In this document: one piece after another, positions 20,951 through 34,244 of the stretch
How positions within the stretch are numbered: position 1 is the stretch's first letter
Layout of the letters: every line of letters begins with the position of its first letter
Origin: Hyphochytrium catenoides
Taxonomy: Eukaryota; Protista; Hyphochytriomycota
NCBI GenBank assembly: GCA_900088475.1
Contig: FLMG01003967.1
Location: 1 to 34,619, forward strand
Direction of reading: 5' to 3'
Length of the DNA: 34,619 bases
Position numbers and translations under genes: made by a program
Notes under the pieces: generated by a model
Databases searched by the model: none
Seen by the model: only the letters and a program-made list of their open reading frames with translations
What the model was told of the DNA's origin: nothing

Positions 20951-23114
20951 CACCATCATTCCATCCTTAATAGCCGTGCAATAGAGATGATTCAGAGCCA
21001 CATGCTGCGGGATGGGGAGCAGATGTGTGTCGACTGTAGGGGGTACCTAGACGTAGAGGGAGACGCAATGGAGATAGAGTCAGCGCCTGCGAAATAGAGC
21101 AGTAAAATTGACAATGGGATAACCCTAACGAGATGAACTTCAAAGAAGTGAGGAGTCCTTCTTGTCAAGGGTCCCTACTCAAACGATAAAAGGCCCAAGG
21201 TACAGAGGACACACCGTGCCCCCTAAGAGGCGCTAAGATAGGACCTCTCGTCCTTGTCAGCCAGCTAATCGCTACAATAGGGAAAACATTCTACTAAAGA
21301 GCTGCTGTCTTCTTGCACTTATCGCCACGAAGGGGGTATGGCTGACCTTGTTAAGGATAATGTGTCGTAAATGAGGAGGCAGAGGCGGTGGCTCCTTAGT
21401 GTACATCTCAAAATCAGGAAACTCGGTCCCATACTTGAAGTTAGGGTTGGATAGACCTGGAAAGTTTCCAATGAGATGGAGAAGGACATCAGCGAGCTAG
21501 AGCAATTAGCGCTGCCAACGCGCGAAGAGGAAGACCGCGGTACACAAGCCAAAGAAGAGGCCTTAGTGGGAATGGTACGAAGTAGGAGTGAAAAGCTAAT
21601 AAACTGTATTGTTGAGAAGTGGGGAGAGCAACTATAGTTTAGGAAACAGAGAAGGACTGATAGGTTGAACGTACTGCGGGCAAATTCATCTTCGCCCAAG
21701 TCCTTCAAGGCCTTGAAATCACTGACGTCTATAAAGTTATTGATGTTGCCTTCGATGTCTGCCACAGTGGGCTAATATAGCAGGTTCGGATAATTTAGCG
21801 CAACCTCGTTACTCTTAGTGTGAGGGAAGCAATACCTGGTCAGGGGCGAACCTCCATTCATCATCAACTATAAACTTGTACGCATGCTTCCCCTATAGAC
21901 TTCTGGGGTTAGCAAGCCACATGAAGGTGATTTCGGACCATCCTTGACTCACCTTAGGGATATTGACAATGTACGTGAAGTCATTTCCACTCCGGTGCAT
22001 GGGAAGCTAGGACGCGGAAAAGGGGACGGAGGAGTGAGACCAGCCGAAACTGGAGGGACTTTGGGCATTTAGGCGACAGGGAAAGCAAGAGCAAGCAGGA
22101 GAGCAGGAAACATATAAACTTCTCAGTGCCACACCTGCTTGTGCCAGCCATTAAAGGTCCCAGTGATGTAGACCTGCCGACCACCGTGCTCCCAACGGAA
22201 CACAGTCGGGACAATATGACTTGCTATTCAGTAGAGCAGGCTAGTAAGATGACGCTGCAAGGCAGTACGACTCCTGCTTACACTTACTGGAATCCAAAGG
22301 ACCCGAGTCTGTTTCCATGGCGTCGCCACCTTCACCACGCTCGGACGCAGCTCTGCGAGAAGGAGAATGAGGGCATGCTAAGCTCAATATGGGGTTACGT
22401 GAAGCTCTAAGAAGATAGATGGGAATCTTACCCGGACGTATATTGACTGTAGAATCCCTCTGGGGTCGTTGTTGACGATGATGTAACACCAAGCTCTCTG
22501 CCTTGAGGGTAACTCCCATCGGCCGCCACGAAGGAGATGCCCTCATCTCGACTAGAGGTTGTCCCCATGCTTCTTACCCTTGCTATTCAACCTTCCTCCT
22601 CAAGGTTTACCCGATGGCAAACCTCCGTCCCTTCTACAGACTATGCACTCCAGTGGCTGAGGGAGAAGCGAAAGCTATTCAAGCTGGTCGAAAACAACTA
22701 CGATCTTGCACGAGAAGAAATTGGGCTTTCCGTCCTTTCTAGGGCAACTCCTACACTTGGCTTGCAGATAGCAAGTGTAGATCTCAAGGCCGCATCAACC
22801 AGACTCTGAACTACATGCAGCTCAATCTTCAAGTTCCGGAAAGCACTCACACATGGGGGAGGCAAGCCAGTCCTCCTCCATAATAAGAGATGACAGATGA
22901 CCATGCTATGGAGAAAGAACGAAAATTCAGAGATTTTTATTATAATAACTACTGCAGACTTGAGATCTCAAAATGGGCCGCACTCTCACACGTTTTGTCG
23001 GTGGTACCAACTTTTTCGCGCTCTATCCAGCACGTAACAAAGCGGTGCGATCGCCATGAGGTGTGTCAGCGGGAGGAATTTTACCAGGCAAAGAAATCAC
23101 TTATCCTAGTCTAG
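20951..23114 (+). pseudogene. Decayed intronless ORF, possibly a transposase-like relic
   Basis: Protein-like plus-strand segments broken by stops and frameshifts: GEQMCVDCR (CxxC), a ~160-codon frame at ~21280-21775 with only isolated TAA/TAG stops, PAYTYWNPKDPSLFP and LFKLVENNYDLAREEIGLSVLSRAT. It lacks the GA/CT tracts typical of host introns and sits next to an assembly gap. Confidence 0.35.
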
Positions 23115-23545
23115 ATAATCATATCCTCTAGTTACCGGAGGTTTGAGAAGCTCCATCATCAACAGAGAGCGGGAGGATCTTCGGCTTCTCATGCCAACAG
23201 CCGTCAAGGCTCTTCATCCAGAGCTCTGCTCGGTCCTTGCGCCTCCTTCCATCAGCTCGCCTCTCATCACTTAGCAATGTCATCTTCCTCCCTAGTGCTT
23301 CAGCTAAGAGCAGCCCTTACGACAGCGTTTCCGCATCTTCATTTATCTGTCACAGCTGCTTACACCTGTCAGAGGGATTCTTCTATGCAGTGATGTGCCT
23401 AGAGATCAAGTGAAAAACCGCCAGTCATGGCGATCCCTCTCACTGGCAAGCTCAAGAGCTGCACTCAGGACTACGGCATAGGGATCATCACTTACTGAGA
23501 AGGGATTTTATTGGCAGCTTGCACACAACAGGAGCGGTGCGTGCG

Positions 23546-26158
23546 ATGGAGACTGAGCCAATACTGAAGGCTCGAGCTGGCGCACGGCAGCATCCTGTTG
23601 GCATCTTGGTGAAAGCTGCCTATTTTTTCAATAATCTAGCGCCTGCAGCTCTCCAGCCCTTCCTTCCGGTAAGCCACGCTGCGTCGTGCAGAAATCGAAG
23701 TCACGGAGACATGAAGCCTCTGCCTTACTGACGCATAGGTTATATTCTGGAACCATGGTCGCTCGGTTTTTGAGATTGGTCTACTTCTTTTCATCCCAGC
23801 GATTGTGTCGATTATTGGCGCCCCTTTCTGGTGCTCGATGGCGAAAGGGCCAAGAAGAGAGCGCCTTGTTCACATGTTTTGCATTGCATCTGGAGCCGCC
23901 TTGATGTATACGATCACTGCTTTTAAGGTCAGTAGTAAGCGTCCGATCGAATCCACGGGCCTCTCAGATGCTGTCGCCATATGTAGACTCTTACTGGTCT
24001 TATCGCCGTCGTGGCGGCTGCCAACCTTCAGCTCTCAGCTGTCTTTCCTCTGCTGGATAAGAAGATGATCCGACACCTTGAGCTATCAGAAGATGAGGAT
24101 GTCAGAGCCTACAGGTAGCGCTTGGGGTTTATCAGCGCCTTCCACAGCTTCTGCTTGTAGGGATAAGTGCCCGTCTCCTTCGCTTGCCAGCCTTCAGCTC
24201 TGCTACCTTCTCTCCTAGACATGGAAATTACTGTTGCACCTATAACTTCATTGGTGCTTAGTGACCCTCGTCCACCGTCGTGGTTTCCTACTGACCTTAG
24301 CCTTGGTCATCTTTGTCTGCACGGTCTGCCATGGTCCGTTTTCCTCCTTATGGCAGGTTCTCTGGCACCAGTGGCGTCGTCCTAGGCGCCCTTTCCTCGG
24401 GCTTACTAGTGGCGTGGCAAGGTGACGCTGACTGGGCCCTTGCGGTCTTTCTTGTTGGCCACGGGATGAACCTTGCCGTGGTCCTCCTCCTTCCTATCAG
24501 GGAGCTGACTGAAGATGTCATAATTCCTCTCAGCGGCGGAGGGAGCCTGCTTTCCTCCGTCTTTGGTTCTCTTCCTCTGCTGGTCCAGGTCAGTCTTCGA
24601 TTCATTTTCTTTCTTTCCACTCCACGAAATCTTCTTCAATGTGTACCAACCTCTCGCACCTTTCTCTCCTCAAGAGGCGGGACGTTGCCATGCTCATGAT
24701 CGTGACTTTGAGCTCCTCATTCCTTCATGGCGTCATCACGTGCTACCTGGCTTTCTACCTATACTCCGTGACAGGTTTGAGCCTCCTACGCTTCTGGCTT
24801 ACTTCGTCTGTCTACGTGTGTGTTGTACACTTGCCGGGTGCAATATTCTCTCTTGGCTATTTGGCTTGTCTGGCCTGGCACTGTCAAAGCTTCCTGTCGT
24901 AAAGCGTTTACCCTCAGGCGTCTTCTCCTTCATCCGGTCTTCAGTCTGCCACATATCATTCTTCATCCTTTCTCCTCTCTCTCGCTCTCACCGTCTCTGA
25001 TGGCGCCGGTCAACGGTTAATGTTCAACCAATTGCTTTGCGTCGTTGTTCTCTCAGTTCTTATTTGTGACTATTGCAGAGTCCGGCATTCTGGTGGGAAT
25101 GCTTGTCGCCGCGCAGACGGCATCCGAAGTATTTATTTACGAGGTTGTCGCCGAACCGTGGTACCAACGCCTAGGAATGGTGGGACTTCTTTACCTGGCT
25201 GCTGCTGCCTTTGCCATCCGACTTCTCTTCTTTGCCAGTGGCCCTCCAGGCTGGTCTATCGTCGTGGTGGAGGCGCTTCTTAATGGTAAGAGGGTGATCG
25301 ACGCAGGAGAACCTGTCCAATATTACGAGTCGGAGTAAGGTACCAAGGAAGGAGACAAAACAAGCAGACAGAACTGATGAAATGGTCCCTAAAACTTCCA
25401 TACGGTCGTTGGCATTCACGGCCTTTGCACCGTGCGTTCCTTCCTTCTCTTTGCTCTTTAAGTGGATAAAACCGTATTTTCACTTCGTTTCTGCCTTTCC
25501 GTTTTGCATGGTGATCGCTCCTAATGGTGACTACATCTCTAGGGTTGTCCTTCGTGGTGGTTTGGAACCTTACTGCCGTGTACGCCTGCTGCGCAGTGCC
25601 CTTAGAGCTAGAGGGGTATTGCATGAGCGCTCTATCACTTATAAGGAACTGCGTCGGCTTTAGTCTAGCAGCTCTCGTGGGTGGACTAGTATGGGAGCTG
25701 ACAGGCCCTCGTACTCTATGGTTTGTGACAGCCGGTACAGTACCTCTACTCTTTTGGATCATTCTAATCTTCAGGACAGCCAAAGGTAGGATTGGCAGTG
25801 CTAATCTCCTCCACATCTATCACGCCTATTCCTTTTGGTCGCTTGCGTCGAAGATCATCGTCCTCTTACTAGGCTAGCTTCTCTGCCTTGACGACCTTAA
25901 TAGTTCTTAGCATTACATCCTACCTCCGATATATCCTTATCTGTCACTGACAGCATCGAAATTGTATTTCCATCAGACAATCCTCCTTTAAGAAGCTTCT
26001 TTGTTTTTTCATCATCTTCTGTTTCCACAGTTGACGAGGATGAGGAGATCAACATCGACATTATTGTGCCGATTCAAGAGACAAGGATAGAACCTCGGCC
26101 TCCAGAGAGAGAAATGTCCAGGGCTCTTAGTCGGCGGCTCTCAATTGGCGCGCTGTGA
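23546..26158 (+). CDS. MFS transporter (MFS_1-like/MFSD6-like), about 8 exons
   Basis: Spliced GT-AG exons give VKAAYFFNN..AALQPFLPVIF...EIGLL...SIIGAPFW, FPLLD, VRAYRFSGTSG, SEVFIY...QRLG..GLL..AAAAFAIRL, EALLNGLSF and GFSLAALVGGLVW..TG. The last intron (25786-26030, strong polypyrimidine tract) adds a terminal exon 26031-26158 (VDEDEEINID...RRLSIGAL*). Read-through without splicing would stop at 25877. Confidence 0.85.
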
Positions 26159-26507
26159 GGGGGACCTGTAAGGCGTAGCCAATATCTTTTCTTCTCTACT
26201 TGCTCTTCCTCCGCTAACGACCAACAGCAAGAACGCTTACTCTCTGGACTACAAGGCTGCAGAAGGACAGCAAAAGCGAGGTGTTGAAGAGTCATGGCCC
26301 CGAGACAAGTAGTGTATACTAGGACTGAGACTTTGTGCAAAGTAGCGGACAACGCTTGCGTAATGTAGCTTTTCAAAGAAGGAAGGAATGACCGACAGCA
26401 TGAGAAACCGGCCGATAAGATGACGTCTTAAGTTAAGGCATAAATGAACAGCCAGGAAGAAACGTTGCAGAGGTAAGAGATCAAAGACAAATATAATGGC
26501 AGAAGCG

Positions 26508-27459
26508 CTAAAGAACGGTCTTGAAAAGGTTTTGAACGAAGGCTTCCTCGTCTTTTGTCTTGATCACCAAAGCGGGGCTGTAGAGCATGAAAGGAGAGAG
26601 AACAACATCAATTTGCCGACCTCAGCACTGTTAGAGTACAGATAGAAGCTAGATGACACTATGCACAAAGCGACTTGGCTACCTGAGATTTCCCACTATA
26701 ACGGTCCCTTCTTCGACTCTGACCATGCAAGGCTGTCGTGTCCGATGCCTGACCGAGCTACATAGGGTTAAATATAGGAAAAACGTCATCAGCCCTAGGT
26801 TTGTCACCGACAGAGGAAGGAAGTGCGCAGAATGATGGGTGTGGACTACGGAGAGCAAGAAGGATCCGCAACGTACGACAAACTAATGACATTTTGGCTC
26901 TTCATTGCTGCTTTTGTCCTCGATCTATAATGTATGCATGGGCTCTAAGGAGGTACAGTCGTTAGTCCATTAGCAACCCCGATTGGAACAATGAATAGAG
27001 AAATGTCACTCAAGCCAAGATAAAAGTGTCATTCAAAGATGTTATACAAAGCTTGGGTCTATCAGTGGAAAAAAACATCCTAGAGTGTTCTGAGTCCTAA
27101 AAATAGCGGGCCAGTGGCATGAATATGTAGAGGTAAAAAGCCCCAGTTGCATGCAGCAGAAGGGTGCAAACTGAAGGACATAGAGGAAAAGATGAATCTG
27201 TATCGTACATAGACATCTCTCTTGAGATCCCAGGCGAGGATATCGCCCAAGGCTGTAGAGGCAAAGAACACCGCCGGACGGGAGGGAGACCACTGCAAGG
27301 AGACTATGCCTTCTCCTGTCTTCTCGGCCCAGAGAGTGTGGTCATAATGCAAGACTAAGGACGCAAGAGACAGCATGTGGACACTGCCATAACAATAGAA
27401 GCGTAAGTCAAGACCCCAAAGATACAGTGTAGATAAGACAATAGCCAAAGGAAAAGAGG

Positions 27460-27505
<46 letters not shown>

Positions 27506-30500
27506 TGCTTGAGGAAAGGCAGGTCGTCCCACCTGACATCCCCATTGCTCCAGCCAATCAGCAGTATATCAGGATAAAACGGAGATATTTTCACCGAGGA
27601 CGGAAACGCCAAAGAGTAAGAGAGAGCTTGAGGTCGTGACAGGACCGTAGGATCTAGAGAGAAAGGTGAACGAATACACGAGATGCGGTTAGCATTGAGA
27701 GACATGTTCGTTAAGTTGTTGAAGATGATCTCTGAATGCACTACTACGTGGGAGAAGATGGAAGGTATGGCAGGCCGAACAGCACACCAAGGACATTTTT
27801 TACGAGGAGGAACAGGACAACTGATGCAGTCAGGGCGAAAGAAAAAAGGGGGAATAGCATACAAGACCGGAGACTCACTTCCTCCAAATCTTGAGCCGTA
27901 GATCACACTTCCTGATAGGGTGCCTACCACATATCTGGTTGTTTGAGACAGATTAGTAGAATGAACTGACCAGCGGTATGGACACGGGAAAGGGAATGAG
28001 TGAGAGGTAGTTGACAGACCTCAGTCAATAGTAGCACGAGATATGCAGCCCGTCAACACATGGACCAGTTCTAGACATCTTAAGAACACTCATGAAAGAA
28101 GAATAAAGAGAGCAATGGCAAGAAGACGGAGATAGCGGTAGAGGAGACAGTGAAAGATTGCGATGCGGCTTAACTGGTTGGCATTCCCTGGCACAAAGTC
28201 CATGCATGCAACTTGAGGACCTTTAGATGCCCAGGAGGGAAGGAAGGAGAATTGAGGCTCAAGTGAGTGATATATCACCTACTCACTAGCAAAGACAAGG
28301 GCTCTGAGGGCAGTGACGAGTAGACATTATAGAGTTGCCAGACTTTAAAGCACAACTGCACAGAGAGAGTGAAGGAAAGGCAAAACGGCTGATTTCACGA
28401 GTGCATGCGTCGCAAGAGCTGTGGCTAAGGGAGAGAGAGATCCAAAAAACGTCTATCGCAAAGATTGCCGGGAAGCGACGGAAATGTACCTGGGAATCGT
28501 CCTTTGCCAAGGTCAAATATAACGTCAACGGCTGCAGTCTTCAGCAACTTCACTCGTCCTCCGGTACTCAGACCCAAGTCAGACTCAGAACCAGCCCTAA
28601 CATAGAGTCAAGGTTGCGCGTTGGGATGAGAGAGCAGAAAGGACATAGTGAAAGGACATAGGGAAGAGAGTAGGCAGCCTAGCTATATCGCTGACATTGA
28701 ACACAGGCGCGGCCCTATGACTCAAAATTGCGTTTCGGATCAGCGCAAGGCGCAAGAAGGGGATTGGAATCGAAGTGCAGATAAAAGCAAGACGAGAGAA
28801 GCATTGGCCAAAATGATGGAGGAGTGATCGAGAGAGCTCTTACATATCTCCCCGCTGGAGCTCTACCACGCTCCAGATAATCAAGATGCCCCTGTCGTCT
28901 AGCGATGCGACCTGAATGACTCCACGGCCTTCCATAAGCGTCGAAGTCAAAGTGTAGAGAGGTCATAGCATGTACGTTTGAGTGACAGGGTAGCCATTCA
29001 AGAGAAGAGGTAAGAGCATCGTACCGTTGCCAAGCTGATTGAGCGGCAACAAGCCGCACTACGAGAGAGCAGCACAGCAAGAGAGAAAAAAGTCAGGCAA
29101 CTCAGACTTGAGTTCAAGGGGATAGAACTGTGGATGCTGTAGGACTTGCAGGTCTGGATAGGTAGACGGCAAGAAAGTAAGCACCCCGTGGTATTGACCA
29201 CTGAAGAACTAGTTGATGATGGGAGGAGAAAGACGGGTTCAACAGCTTCATAAGCAGTCTGAGAAGGAATATCACTAGTCGAGCTGCTTCATCCCCCTTA
29301 CTATGACTGACTGGTGACCCTCGCTTCCCATCATGGCGGTAGTGAACGTTGGCCGCCGGAATTCTTTGCTGACTTTGATATCCACGCTCCCTGGTGATAA
29401 GGTGAGTGAACAAACGCCACCCAACACGGCAGTAGGGATATAATTAGAGAAAATGAAGGATGAACCGCAATGAAGCCAAGATGGGCGCTAAGCAGACCCT
29501 ACTGTCGATTGCATATCACCAAATGATGTGCTGTAGATGCAGACATTAAGGTTGGGGGGCTGACAGAAGAGCATCAGAGATATTCTAGGCGAGGGGAGCG
29601 AAGTAATGGTTGTTGCGAGTCCTACCACTATGCAAGGACTTCGGCTCTCTAAGGTCCCACAGCTCTATTATTCCTGAGTTACTTCCAGCTAAGACCAAAC
29701 GATTCTGATCTGCCAAACTGCAGCAGCAGACCATAGCTTCGCTAATCAACACTCTATAGGGAATAAACACTATGAGTGAAAAATCGGAGACTGTAAGGAA
29801 AGCCTTACGAAGCGATGGTAGCAGCGGAGAGAGCCGCCCCTCTCCTCCACCATAAGAACGATAACGATCGAGGCAAGAGAATAGTGTTGGGCACGAACGT
29901 CACCACTAAGAAGAGAGGTAGAGTGCCCCTACCTTGAAGGTGCAATGGGCGAGTTGACGTCCCAGACCGTGAGGATACTCTTGCTTCGCAGTGGATACTT
30001 CTCCGAGTATCTCTCTAATGTGGGTGAGAGGTTCAGAGGGTCGTGACGTAGATGAAACTTGGTTGGCTGTGTAACGATAAGAGTACTTGATCGAAAAGGA
30101 CAAAGGACACACCGAGACATAGGAAAGGCTGATTCACATCGGGGAGGGCGACCGAGATAGACGGAGTGGCAAGGTAAAGGGACTTATCTATAAGAACAGC
30201 TTGAAGCAGAAGGGATTCTTGTATCTTACTTACCTTCCAACTTCTGGTATGCTGCTACGAGCAAATAGGGCGACGATGGAGAGAAGCTAACATCTATGAA
30301 GACGAGCGGCCAGGTAAAAGAAATTAGCTCATAAACATGAAGATTCAAGAGCTGGGTTAAGGGGAAGGTCCTGGTCACACAGACATTCGCAAGAAAGCTT
30401 CATCCGCTTTGCATTACCTGCGACTCTTCTGCCTTCCAGCTCCTCTTTCATTTCTCTGTCCTCCTTCCAGGCGAGCTCCTCACCCTCTTCTTTCCCTCCT

Positions 30501-33500
30501 GCATCTCTACTTTCTTGAAAGAGACTTATAGAGGAGAGCGAGGCTGCAGCCGGGTCCGATGGTGCTCTGCTACGGTCCTTACCGCTGGTCCTTGCATCAA
30601 CATTCTCTTCCAGTAGGACCTCCACCACCTGTAAGGGGAAAGTGAGAGGCATAGAGTAGAAAGACACAGGAAGAAAGTGGTAAAGAGCAAGACAGATCTT
30701 AGGTCTAGGAGGAATGTTGAGAAGGGGTGTTGCCGCTGGTGTTCAGGGTAGATGGGAGCCAAAGAAATGGAAGAAGAGAAGAGGAATGACCTCTGCGATG
30801 TTCTGCAGGAAGGCTGTCACTCTTTTCATGCTGATGCTGCTACTTCCTGTTCCTCTCTCTCCTAGATCGTCAGGAAACTGCATGTCCTTGTCACTTTGCT
30901 CAGGAGTCTCAGTCACCGTGCCAATGGTCCTGCGTTCATCATCATGCAAGCAGTTAATAGGGCAGCAGATAGTCAGCAGTCACCATAACCTGGTGTCCAC
31001 ATAGCAGTTGGCACCCATAAGCCCTAAATACCAGGACAAAACAGAAAGACAGAAGTAAATGTAGGACCGAGGGAAGAGGAGAGAGAAAGAGAGAGAGCGA
31101 GAAAAGTTGACCGGTGGATACGGATACAAGAAGAAGGGTAACCGGAGGGAGGAGAAGGAGAAGGGGAAAGAGAAGATCAATAGACCTGAAGGAGAGAGAG
31201 GGGAGAGAAGGAGGTCGATGGTCTGATGGCATTCATACCTAGAGTCCTCTCCAGTCTGTGTATGTGTTTGTACTTTCTCCCCAGCCCTGATCTTGTTCGT
31301 GTAGAGGTCATGAGCCGTCAAGGGGCGAAGGTCCAACCCAGGAAAGCGCTCGTCTGACAGTTTGAGCAAACGCTGCAAGTCCTGCGGAAAACAGCTGAGA
31401 AGGCGTTTCTCGGTCTATGCATCACTGCCTCCCATCGACGGGCTTAAGGAGCTCACTCTTTCTTTCATTCCTCTCACATATCTCCTCTCTGTCTTAGGGA
31501 GGACAGGACGAGATCAGTTGTGCCCTTGCCTAGGGAGGCATTATCTTTTCTTTTGAGCTTGAGCTCATAGCATCCATGCCATTTGTGCCTTGGCAGACCC
31601 AGTATATCACCTTTTTAATAGCTAGCTCTACCATCTCACCTGCGCCCTCTTGACCTTGGGATCCAGCTTCTGCACCAAAGACGTAAGCGAAGATAGAAGC
31701 GCGTTTCCTCCTGTCGATTGGCTTCTTTCACCCTTAGGTTCTGCTCTTCTCTGACCTAAAAACACGAGCTTAAATGTCGCGATATGCCTGATTGCTAGAG
31801 ATCATGACTTGTGATATATAATACTGGGTACCTATAAAGAACCGGTCGCTTACCTTCCACGACTGTCTCGAACTGTCCCTTGGCCTCAACGGTGACTCCA
31901 ATCTTGCTAGAGGAGCTCTACAGTTGCGAACAGTCAAAAACCGTAAGCATGTTAGGAGTTCAAAATGTTCAAATGAAACATATTGCTGACAAGGAAGAGA
32001 GAACAATCGCCTCTCACACAGCTACTCTGATAGAGGTTAATGGCAGAGAGCACGGAAGCCTAAACATTGAGGAAGAGGAACGAAAGATAACAGCCGAGGC
32101 GCTAGTATTGAGACGAAGGGCGGCCCAGAGAAAAGGTTAGCCGAAGGGAAAGGTCAGTTCAGAATGAAAAAGACAACATTCTGCTGCTCCATCGCCACCT
32201 TTGAGGAAGACTTGGCATCCCCTTTTCCCCTTTCTTTAGCAGCAGCATTTTCCATCTGAAGGGCCGCCTTCACCTGGAGTATGAGCAAAGGACAAGTGGG
32301 AAAAGGAATAAGGGAAGAGCAAGGCAAATAGCCGGCGGAAAGATAGTCTGTACCTTCTCGACATCCTCCTTCTTCGCACTGCCCGAGGCTGCCTGCGGCG
32401 GTTTGACGACCGTTGGCGGCTGAGTTGCTCCTTCCTCGTCAGCCTCAAATTCATCGTCCTCGTATGCCTAACATAGTCGAAAGCAGCGGACATAAGGAAA
32501 GCAGAGCTCGTCAAATACAAAGCGAACAAAGAGATGAGACAGAGAAGACAGAGACAGCACTCTCTTAGAGGTGGAACAATGATTGCAGGAGAGTGCCACT
32601 CGGGACAAATAGGCAGAGAAGACACTCAGCGACAAAAAAGAGAGCGAAAGACAGAGTCAGATATGAAAGGAGCAAACGACTTTCAGTTGAAGGAATAACA
32701 GTACTTCAAAATCTTCCTCATAGCCTCCCTCGTCCTCGTCACATTCTTCAGCACTGGCTATTAAAAGGAGAAGAGAGCAGAAGCCACCGAAGTGGGAATG
32801 TTAGGATCAAAGGAGAGATAGAGCGAAGTAACCAAAGAGCCTAAGTCCGCCCTTCAGATTTCACCTCAGTGGTGCGAGGATGAGAACTAGCGAACGACGT
32901 GAGAAAGAGGAACAGAACCTAGAAGAAGTGAAGAGAACAGCTTTGAAGAAGTATAAAGGTGCTTTGCTGTTCAGAAAGAGACAAGTGGTTCATGCCTGCC
33001 GCCTGCTTCACTTCCTCTCGTTTCCTCTGCTCCTCTTCCCTCCGCTGCGCCTCCTGGATGGCGCGAAGTTGGGCCGCTTCCTGTTCTTTAAGCTCCTGTT
33101 CTCTCCTGTATATCATAGATAGTAGAAGAATGAGCAAGAGACGATAAACGATAGGAATGAGAGAGACTTACTTCTTCTTTGCGGCTTCTTTCTCTCTATC
33201 CTCCTGCTCCTTCCTACAACGAGTGCGGAACACGCCGCAGAACGTTAAGACAGTGGGAACCTGTATAGATGCCACCAATTAAAGGAGCAGAAGGGAGTGA
33301 TGCTTACCTTTTCCGTGCCTCCTCCTCTGCTTTTCGTGCCCTCTCCTTCTTTGCCTCTAGAGCTGCTCTCTTTCTCTCCTCCTCTCCTTCCTGGCTCTCA
33401 GGAGCCTTAGCAGGGGCAGGGATGGTGCCTAAGGGCAGGGGCGGTGTATTGGCCGCCGTGGAAGTAGGAGGTGCCTCACCCTCCTATCAGAGCACGACGA

Positions 33501-34244
33501 AGAAACATCATAAGCCAAAGACTGCAACTTCTGTCACGCTTGGCAAATACGAAGGCTGTCACGGTGATCCAGAGAGAAGGAAGAGAAAACCGGACGCGCT
33601 CAAGATATGAAGACCGTGATTGACGAAAGAGGCAGGAGAGGGAAGAGACCAATAGAGCCTGGATAAAGCTTAGATATCGCGAAAAGCTTCATCTGGCGAG
33701 AGAAGTCTGGCAGGGGTGATTCCAGAGAAAACGAAAGGGGCAGCAGAGCCAAAGAGAATGCTAGAGATAGTGTCCATCCCCACCTGCGGCTTCTTCTTTG
33801 AAGATTTTTTCTTTGCTGTGACATCTGGCAGAGGGGTTAGTTGAGGTCAAGAGGCAAGCCAAAACAGACAGAAAAGCGCAAGCCTTGGGCCTTGAAAATG
33901 AGAACGGACTGGGAGAGACAGATACGGACTCTGAAAGCAGGGGATATGCTAAGAGAAGAGCTCAGAGGCAAGGGGTCGAGCAGAACAGAAAGAACTTTAT
34001 GACGGACAAGTGGAAGGGCGGGATGCCATCTGAGACCTGTCTCCGCCTGAGGTTGTGCTTTGGACTCTGCTTTCTCGGGCAGCGGCAAGGGCCCAGCAGG
34101 TAGTTGAGTAGGAGGTGGAGGAGCACTGGACGGCGCCGATGCTTCTCCTGCCGGCTGCTTCTTGGATGACTTCTTCGAGGACTTCTTCAAGGCGGCTGCC
34201 TCTCCTCCGGCCCCTCCTTCCAGCTTGGGCTCGGCAGAGGACAT
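26508..34244 (-). CDS. DYNC2I1: Cytoplasmic dynein-2 intermediate chain 1 (WDR60/FAP163), intron-rich
   Basis: Charged coiled-coil N-terminus, GGYEEDFE|AYEDDEFE, VKAALQMEN, LDLRPLTAHDLY...VQTHTQTGED, DKDMQFPDD, AFLQNIAE|VVEVLLEEN, WD40 repeats (LVLAGSNSGIIELWDLRE; SPFYPDILLIGWSNGDV; LQWSPSRPAVFFA..ALGDILAWDL) and last exon SPALVIKTKDEEAFVQNLFKTVL* (stop 26510-26508). These match recalled WDR60 architecture; some internal exon boundaries are unresolved. Confidence 0.88.
27462..27503 (+). repeat. (GA)~20 microsatellite in a WDR60 intron
   Basis: Pure GA tract seen directly. Confidence 0.95.

Noticed and set aside
21763-21772. CACAGTGGGC as a Transib/RSS-like terminal repeat
   Set aside because: No matching inverted partner was seen, and it lies inside the decayed ORF.
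21280-21775. In-frame TAA/TAG as evidence of stop-codon reassignment
   Set aside because: Intact genes end in TAG (5840, 8857, 26508) or TGA and the exons I reconstructed have no internal stops, so the standard code applies.
26074-26376. 100-aa minus-strand ORF as a WDR60 C-terminal exon
   Set aside because: WDR60 terminates at 26508; this ORF is partly antisense to the last MFS exon.
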